Shown one piece after another: positions 58,165-64,000 of a stretch of DNA of 64,000 nt. The notes under the pieces were generated by a model. The model was not told the DNA's origin. It did no database searches and saw only the letters and a program-made list of their open reading frames with translations. Within the stretch, counting starts at the first letter, position 1; the number at the start of each line of letters is the position of its first letter. The position numbers and the translations under genes are program-made. Source of the DNA: Nocardioides sp. (lineage in GTDB: Bacteria; Actinomycetota; Actinomycetes; Propionibacteriales; Nocardioidaceae); the NCBI RefSeq assembly GCF_035481145.1, contig NZ_DATIHB010000008.1:4246-68245 (forward strand). The letters are read 5' to 3'.

Positions 58165-59178
58165 TCAGTAGTCGGTCGACTCGCGGGCAGCGAGCAGACG
58201 GCGGAACGACTCGACGCGCTCCGTGTCGACCTCGCCCGCTGCGATCGCCTCGTCGAGGCCGCACTCGGGCTCGCCCGTGCCATGCGTGCAGCCGCGCGGG
58301 CACTCCTCGGTCATCTCGTCGAGATCGGGGAACGCCTCGATCAGCATCTCCGGCTCGACGTGGGCCAGCCCGAAGGACCGGATGCCGGGGGTGTCGATGA
58401 TCCAGCCGGCTCCGTCGGTCGAGCCCGTCGAGGCCGGGAGCTCCAGCAGGTAGGCGCTGGTGGACGTGTGGCGACCACGGCCGGTGACCGCGTTGACGTG
58501 GCCGACCTCGCGCCCGGCGGTGGGCACCAGCGCGTTGACCAGCGTCGACTTGCCCACGCCCGAGTGGCCGACCAGCACACTGGTGTGCCCTCCGAGGACA
58601 GCACGGACCTCGGTGAGGTCGCCGCCGCGCTCCGTCACGACGTACGGCACTCCGAGCGAGCGGTACGTCGACAGCAGCGTCTCCGCATCGCGCAGGTCCG
58701 CCTTGGTGAGGCAGAGGACCGGCTTCATCCCCGACGCGTACGCCGCCACGAGTGCGCGATCGATGAGCCGCGGCCGCGGCTCGGGGTCGGCCAAGGCGGT
58801 CACGACGACCAGCTGGTCGGCGTTGGCGACGATGATCCGCTCGACCGGGTCGTCGTCGTCCGCCGTCCGGCGCAACGTGGTCTTGCGCGGCGTGACCTCG
58901 ACGATGCGGGCCATCGTGCCGTCGTCGCCGGAGACGTCGCCGACCACCCGCACTCGGTCACCGACGACGACGCCCTTGCGCCCCAGCGGCCGGGCCTTCA
59001 TCGCGTAGATCAGCCGACCGTCGACCAGCAGCGTGAACCGGCCGCGGTCGACGGTCACCACGAGCCCGTCGACGGCCTCGTCGTACGTCGGGCGGTCCTT
59101 GGTGCGTGGGCGCGTGCGGCGCCGGGGGCGCTCGTAGTGCTCGTGGTCGTGCTCCGAGTACCGCTGTCGTCCGCTCAT
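58165..59178 (-). CDS. rsgA: Ribosome small subunit-dependent GTPase RsgA
   Basis: Circularly permuted G motifs TKAD, GHSGVGKS, GRHTS, DTPG; CPRGCTH...C. Confidence 0.95.
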   Translation of the reverse strand: MSGRQRYSEHDHEHYERPRRRTRPRTKDRPTYDEAVDGLVVTVDRGRFTLLVDGRLIYAMKARPLGRKGVVVGDRVRVVGDVSGDDGTMARIVEVTPRKTTLRRTADDDDPVERIIVANADQLVVVTALADPEPRPRLIDRALVAAYASGMKPVLCLTKADLRDAETLLSTYRSLGVPYVVTERGGDLTEVRAVLGGHTSVLVGHSGVGKSTLVNALVPTAGREVGHVNAVTGRGRHTSTSAYLLELPASTGSTDGAGWIIDTPGIRSFGLAHVEPEMLIEAFPDLDEMTEECPRGCTHGTGEPECGLDEAIAAGEVDTERVESFRRLLAARESTDY

Positions 59179-59191
59179 CGCCTGGTCACCA

Positions 59192-60475
59192 TCAGCTCGG
59201 GAAGAGCCCCGACCAGAAGTCGGCGAAGTCGGGGAACGTCTTGGAGGTGGTTGCGACGTTCTCGACGAGGACACCCTCGACCGCGGCGCCGATGATCACG
59301 CCGGCGTGGGCCATGCGGTGGTCGGCGTAGGTGCGGAAGAGGCCACCGTGCAGGGGAGCGGGGCTGATCTCGAGCCCGTCCTCGAGCTCGGTGACGTGGG
59401 CACCGAGCGCGGAGAGCTCGGTGGCGAGCGCGGCGAGGCGGTCGGTCTCGTGGCCCCGGATGTGCTCGATCCCCGTCAACCGGGACGGGGTGTCCGCGAG
59501 CGCGCACAGCGCGGCGACGGCCGGAGCCAGCTCCCCGACGTCGTGGAGGTCGAGCTCGACGCCGTTGAGCGAGGCGGGTCCTTCGACGGTGAGGCCGTCG
59601 GTCGTCAGCGAGACGGTGCAGCCCATGTCGGCGAGGATCTGGCGCAGCGCATCGCCTGCCTGCGTGGTCCGTCGGGGCCAGTCGCGGACCGTGACGGACC
59701 CACCCGAGACCGCGGCCAGGGCGAGGAACGGCGCAGCGTTGGAGAGGTCTGGCTCGACCACCAGGTCGACCGGTGCGACGCGGCCGGGGGCGACCCTCCA
59801 GCGGTCCGCGTCGGAGTCGTCGACCTCGACGCCCTGCTCGCGCAGCATCTGCACGGTCATCTCGATGTGGGGGAGCGAGGGCACAGGCGCTCCGACGTGC
59901 CTCACATCGACTCCCTTGTCGTAGCGCGCACCAGCCAGCAGGAGCGCGCTGATGAACTGGGACGACTTCGACGCGTCGACCGTCACCGCGCCGCCCGGCA
60001 CAGAGCCCGCGCCGCGGACGGTGAAGGGGAGCCGGTCGCCCTCGGAGATCTCGATGCCGAGGCTCCTCAACGCGGAGAGGACCTCGCCCACCGGGCGGTT
60101 GCGCATGTGCTCGTCACCGTCGAAGGAGATCGCCCCGGTCGACAGGGCCGCGACCGGAGGCACGAAGCGCATCACGGTGCCGGCGAGGCCGCAGTCGACC
60201 CCGGCGTCCCGGTCGAACGCGCCCGGCGTCACGGTCCAGTCCTCGCCGCTCGTGTCGACGGCGGCACCGATCGCGGTCAGCGCGCCTGCCATCAGCAGGG
60301 TGTCGCGCGACCGCAGGGCACGGCGTACGACGGAGGGGCCGTCGGCGATCGCTGCCAGCAGCAGGGCACGGTTGGTGAGCGACTTCGATCCGGGGAGCGA
60401 GACCGTCACGTCGACGGGTGCGAGTGCGCGAGGAGCGGGCCAGGGCTCTGCTGGATCGGTAGGGGTGATCGTCAC
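59192..60475 (-). CDS. aroA: 3-phosphoshikimate 1-carboxyvinyltransferase (EPSP synthase)
   Basis: [41 protein letters not shown]; the GTG overlaps the upstream stop. Confidence 0.95.
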   Translation of the reverse strand: MTITPTDPAEPWPAPRALAPVDVTVSLPGSKSLTNRALLLAAIADGPSVVRRALRSRDTLLMAGALTAIGAAVDTSGEDWTVTPGAFDRDAGVDCGLAGTVMRFVPPVAALSTGAISFDGDEHMRNRPVGEVLSALRSLGIEISEGDRLPFTVRGAGSVPGGAVTVDASKSSQFISALLLAGARYDKGVDVRHVGAPVPSLPHIEMTVQMLREQGVEVDDSDADRWRVAPGRVAPVDLVVEPDLSNAAPFLALAAVSGGSVTVRDWPRRTTQAGDALRQILADMGCTVSLTTDGLTVEGPASLNGVELDLHDVGELAPAVAALCALADTPSRLTGIEHIRGHETDRLAALATELSALGAHVTELEDGLEISPAPLHGGLFRTYADHRMAHAGVIIGAAVEGVLVENVATTSKTFPDFADFWSGLFPS

Positions 60476-62424
60476 GGGGAGAAGGGTATCGACCCTGATC
60501 CGGGTCGCGGCCACACGTTGTCCGACGGGTCGGACTCCGCGTAGCCCGCCTCGGTGTCGCCAGGGACGTCCACCCGGAAGGTCGGGTCGCCGGTCACGAT
60601 GCCGTCGACCCGGAAGGGAAGGACGGCGCCGTTGGTGACGCTCGTGCACACGACGGTCTGGCCCAGGATCCCGATGGCGAGAACACCGCTGACCTGGCAG
60701 CCGTCGGGGACCTCGCTGAAGCCACCGAGCACGCTTGGTACCGATGCGGTGAGCGTCGCCGTCAGGCCAGCGGGAACGCCGGTGACCGTGGCGGTGTACT
60801 TGCCGGAGCCCTTGCCCAGCTCGGTGACGTCCAGGACGGCGTCGTAGCCGGTGGGCTCCGGGTCGACGACAGCCGGCTGGAGCGTGACCGTCGTGCTGTT
60901 GTCGCTCCTGTCGGTGTCGTTGATGCCGGCAGACGGGATGAGCGTGATCGTCAGCTTCTGCGGCTGGTCGCCCAGGACCTTCGCGGTGAGCGTCAGGCTG
61001 TCGCGCGTCGCGGTGAGAACGCAGTCGTTGTCGGAGCACGCGACGTCGACGCCCGTCGGCTCGGTCGTGACCTCTCCTTCGAGGTACTGCCGTCGCGCAG
61101 CGGTGCGCTGCGGAGCAGCGGCGCTCGCCCAGGTCACCTCGACGGTCTCGCCGGCGGGAATCCCGTCGACGGCGATCTCGATGGTCGAGGTGCCGTCGCC
61201 GCTCGACGACGGGGTCACCGTCGGCGAGGCGGTGAAGCCGACCGGCTCGTCCGTCGGCGTCGGCGTCGGAGTGGGCGTCGGGGTCGGCGTGGGGTCGACC
61301 GTCGGCTCGTCGGTCGGCTCGCTGGTGGGCTCGGAGGTCGGGCTGGACGTGGTGGTCGGCGAAGGCGCCGTGCTGGTCGGGGCTGCGGACTCCGGTGCGT
61401 CCAGCGGTGGCGGGACGTCTGCCGGGGGAGCGGTGTCCGCAGGGGCTGTCGCTGCGGGCGGCGCCGGTGCGTCGGCCTGGGGAGGCGTGGACTTCTCGCC
61501 ACCGCTCTGCAGCGCGAAGACGGTGCCGGCGGCGATGACGCCGGCGGCGACGACACCCGTCGCAGCGGCAGCGGGCCCGTTGGAGCTGATCCCGTCCTTG
61601 ATGCGGTCGACGAAGAGAAGGAACGCGCCCTTGGTCGCTGCGCCGGCGGTGGCCAGGTAGCCGATGCCTGCGCTGCCGAGGAGCAGCGGCGCGAGGATCG
61701 CGGCGAGGTTGTTGTTGACCTCGGTGAGCTCGAGGTAGATCGCCATGCACTTGCGGCACTCGTCGATGTGCTTCTCGACCTTGCCCGCGTCGCGCTTGCT
61801 GATGCCGTTGCGGATGTAGCCGCCGAGGTGCTGGTGGGTCCAGGCGCAGGCGTCGTCCTCGACGTCCATGGCGTGGGAGTTGAGGAACGCCTGGCGCAGG
61901 CCCTCGCGGGCCCGGTAGGCGAGGGCGGAGACCGAGTTGGGGGTCATCCCGAGCAGAGCGGCGACCTCGGCAGGCTTCTGGCCCTCGACCTCGGTGTGCC
62001 AGAGCACGGCCTGCCAGCGCTCCGGCAGTGACGCGAACGCCTTCGCGGCCGCCGCGCTCTCGAACCCCTCGACCGCGGTGTCACGGAACGGGACGCCCGG
62101 GTCGAAGGCCTCCATGTCGTCAGTCGAGTGCAGCCGCGAGTTGGCCCGGATCTTGTCGACGTGGAGCCGGCGGATCGACGTCAGCAGGTACGCGCGAAAG
62201 GCGACGTCCGGGCCACCGCCGCCCTGCAGGACGCGCAGCACCTTGGCGAACGCATCGGACACGAGGTCGTCCGCGTCGGCCGCACCGACCAGCTGGCGTG
62301 CGAGGCGGCGGGCCGCCTCGACGTGGCGCTCGAAGAGGGGACCGTACGCGGAGACGTCACCACCACGGACGGCCGAGATCAGCTCGGCATCGCCCGTCTC
62401 CTGTGGCGTCAGGGTGTCGGTCAC
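60472..62424 (-). CDS. ECF sigma factor fused to a ZAS anti-sigma domain, TM helix and extracellular Pro/Thr-rich and beta domains
   Basis: Sigma2 (DDLVSDAF..V), sigma4 ([29 protein letters not shown]), [11 protein letters not shown], hydrophobic segments, PT repeats. Confidence 0.88.
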   Translation of the reverse strand: MTDTLTPQETGDAELISAVRGGDVSAYGPLFERHVEAARRLARQLVGAADADDLVSDAFAKVLRVLQGGGGPDVAFRAYLLTSIRRLHVDKIRANSRLHSTDDMEAFDPGVPFRDTAVEGFESAAAAKAFASLPERWQAVLWHTEVEGQKPAEVAALLGMTPNSVSALAYRAREGLRQAFLNSHAMDVEDDACAWTHQHLGGYIRNGISKRDAGKVEKHIDECRKCMAIYLELTEVNNNLAAILAPLLLGSAGIGYLATAGAATKGAFLLFVDRIKDGISSNGPAAAATGVVAAGVIAAGTVFALQSGGEKSTPPQADAPAPPAATAPADTAPPADVPPPLDAPESAAPTSTAPSPTTTSSPTSEPTSEPTDEPTVDPTPTPTPTPTPTPTDEPVGFTASPTVTPSSSGDGTSTIEIAVDGIPAGETVEVTWASAAAPQRTAARRQYLEGEVTTEPTGVDVACSDNDCVLTATRDSLTLTAKVLGDQPQKLTITLIPSAGINDTDRSDNSTTVTLQPAVVDPEPTGYDAVLDVTELGKGSGKYTATVTGVPAGLTATLTASVPSVLGGFSEVPDGCQVSGVLAIGILGQTVVCTSVTNGAVLPFRVDGIVTGDPTFRVDVPGDTEAGYAESDPSDNVWPRPGSGSIPFSP

Positions 62425-62430
62425 GTCTAC

Positions 62431-62458
62431 TCAACGATCAGCTCGCGGATGTATGACG
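62431..62458 (-). promoter_or_regulatory. Putative autoregulatory ECF promoter (leaderless)
   Basis: Minus strand CGTCAT-N16-CGTTGA ending 6 nt before the GTG start. Confidence 0.6.
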
Positions 62459-62517
62459 CCAATCGTACGCAGCAGCGACCTTTTCCCGGGGTGGTCCGAA
62501 AATTCTTCGCAGAACCA

Positions 62518-62545
62518 CGTCATGGCCGCGTGACTGCACCGTTCC
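62518..62545 (+). promoter_or_regulatory. Matching ECF-type promoter for the divergent gene
   Basis: Plus strand CGTCAT-N16-CGTTCC. Confidence 0.55.
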
Positions 62546-62622
62546 ATCGGCGTACGAGGCCCGCATGACGGGGGCGGGTCTCGTAGGACTTTCGGTGGAG
62601 CAAGACACAGAGGGGAGCAACC

Positions 62623-63363
62623 GTGGGGCTTTTGACGACACGTCGCCGTGGCCACGCGGGCGGTTCCGAGGCAGGGCGGGAGCTGTCCGAGCAGGTGCGC
62701 GCAGGTCTGCCGCGCCGGTTCGAGGCAGTGGGAGAGGTCCTTGCCTCGGGATCACGCTCCCTCGACGTCTACGACGTCGTCGGTCGCCGGCTCGCCCAGG
62801 ACGGTGCCGCCCTCGACGAGGTGCTCGAGGCCTTGCGCCAGACCACCCAGGCCGTGCTCGGCACGGACCCGGCGTACGACGCCGTCCGTGCCATCAGCAT
62901 CGCCTGGAGCGAGGCGACGCTCGCCTACCTCCACCAGATCTCCTGCGAGGACCCGCTCACGGGCCTCGCCAGCCTGGCCCATGTGCGCAGCCGGATCGCC
63001 GAGCTCTACCGCGGCGCAGCCCGCTCGGGCGGTGACGTCGCGCAGCAGCACGCGCTTGTCGTGATCGACCTGCCGGAGACCATCGAGACGCTCACGGCTC
63101 CGGACGCCGGCTTCTCGCGCACCCTGCGCCTGGCACGTGTCGGCCAGTCTGCCGGCACCGTCTTCGATGGCGCCGAGACGATCGGCCGCCTCGGCGCTCG
63201 CCGGGTCGTCGCTGTCGTCGAGCGCGACCCGATTCTCGGACGTCGGGTCGCGCTCGTACGCACACTGCTGGCGTCGGCGGACTTCCCGACCCGCGTGTGG
63301 ATCGAGGGCCTCCCGGGTTCGGACGAGGTCGCCGCCCTCCTGCTCGACGAGCTCGCCCGCTAG
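62623..63363 (+). CDS. Degenerate GGDEF-like protein with helical N-terminal domain
   Basis: EDPLTGLAS, ALVVIDL and TIGRLG follow GGDEF order, but ARRV replaces the GG(D/E)EF motif. Confidence 0.6.
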   Translation: MGLLTTRRRGHAGGSEAGRELSEQVRAGLPRRFEAVGEVLASGSRSLDVYDVVGRRLAQDGAALDEVLEALRQTTQAVLGTDPAYDAVRAISIAWSEATLAYLHQISCEDPLTGLASLAHVRSRIAELYRGAARSGGDVAQQHALVVIDLPETIETLTAPDAGFSRTLRLARVGQSAGTVFDGAETIGRLGARRVVAVVERDPILGRRVALVRTLLASADFPTRVWIEGLPGSDEVAALLLDELAR

Positions 63364-63442
63364 ACACAGACCTTCTCGGGGGACGTCCGGGCTGGCCGCG
63401 CCTGACGGGGGGACGCGGCCGGCCCGGGTCTATCGTGGCGCC

Positions 63443-64000
63443 ATGTGCGGTCGCTACGCCTCCTCCCGCCGTCCCGACGAGCTGATCGAGGAGTTCGACG
63501 CGACGGCACACCTCGCCCACGAGGTCGACGCGAGCTGGAACGTCGCTCCCACCGACGAGGTCTACGCGGTCATGGAGCACCCCAAGGACGAGGAGCGCCA
63601 GCTACGTGTCGTCCGCTGGGGCCTGGTCCCCTCGTGGGCCAAGGAGCGCTCCATCGGTCCGCGCATGATCAACGCCCGGCTCGAGACGCTCGCGGAGAAG
63701 CCCGCCTTCCGCAAGGCCCTCGCCGTACGTCGCTGCCTGGTGCCCGCCGACGGCTACTACGAGTGGTATCCGACGGAGGAGCTCGACGCCAAGGGGAAGG
63801 CGCGGAAGCAGCCCTTCTTCATCCGGCCCACGGACGGGGGAGTGCTGCCGATGGCTGGCCTCTACGAGTTGTGGCGTGATCCGACTAAGGCCGACGACGC
63901 ACCCGACCGCTGGTTGTGGACCTGCACCGTGATCACGACCGAGGCGACCGACGAGCTCGGGATGATCCACGACCGGATGCCGCTGATGGTCGAGCGCGAC
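63443..64000 (+). CDS. SOS response-associated peptidase (SRAP/HMCES/YedK), 3' truncated by window edge
   Basis: N-terminal MCGRY, WNVAPT, WGLVPSW, INARLET, RCLVPADGYYEW, IHDRMP. Confidence 0.95.
   Translation, partial: MCGRYASSRRPDELIEEFDATAHLAHEVDASWNVAPTDEVYAVMEHPKDEERQLRVVRWGLVPSWAKERSIGPRMINARLETLAEKPAFRKALAVRRCLVPADGYYEWYPTEELDAKGKARKQPFFIRPTDGGVLPMAGLYELWRDPTKADDAPDRWLWTCTVITTEATDELGMIHDRMPLMVERD

Noticed and set aside
61230-61460. Short tandem GTCGGC/GTCGGG repeats
   Set aside because: They encode the Pro-Thr linker of the ECF fusion protein, not a separate repeat element.

Overview
High-GC actinobacterial chromosome segment, with gene content and order resembling Nocardioides. Both ends are conserved core synteny. 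The left end runs nudC-mrx1-uvrD2-whiB7 ... DUF2342 protease-moaE-PDZ/Lon-UPF0182-tRNA-fMet. The right end runs hisN-rsgA-aroA ... SRAP. Between them is a patchwork of accessory modules: a methyltransferase/HD-LuxR operon, an aldehyde dehydrogenase with DUF779, a compact type IV pilus operon with no pilMNO, a putative SigB/SigF-type stress operon (SRPBCC, DUF5709, nucleotidyltransferase, metallophosphoesterase, BON), pntAB, secreted proteins and an IdeR-boxed Fe3+ ABC transporter. I saw no CRISPR array, integrase or classical transposase. The best leads are: (1) a membrane-anchored ECF/anti-sigma fusion and a divergent degenerate GGDEF-like gene, each preceded by the same CGTCAT-N16-CGTT promoter; (2) a DUF559-type nuclease gene bracketed by two related REPIN-like hairpins; (3) the minimal type IV pilus operon; (4) an Eda homologue lacking its catalytic lysine; (5) a DnaA-box-like cluster plus two leaderless promoters with the same TGTGGAGG box exactly 48 nt before the start codon; (6) HIP-like enrichment of CGTACG. 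All product calls come from motif recognition by eye; no database searches were run.
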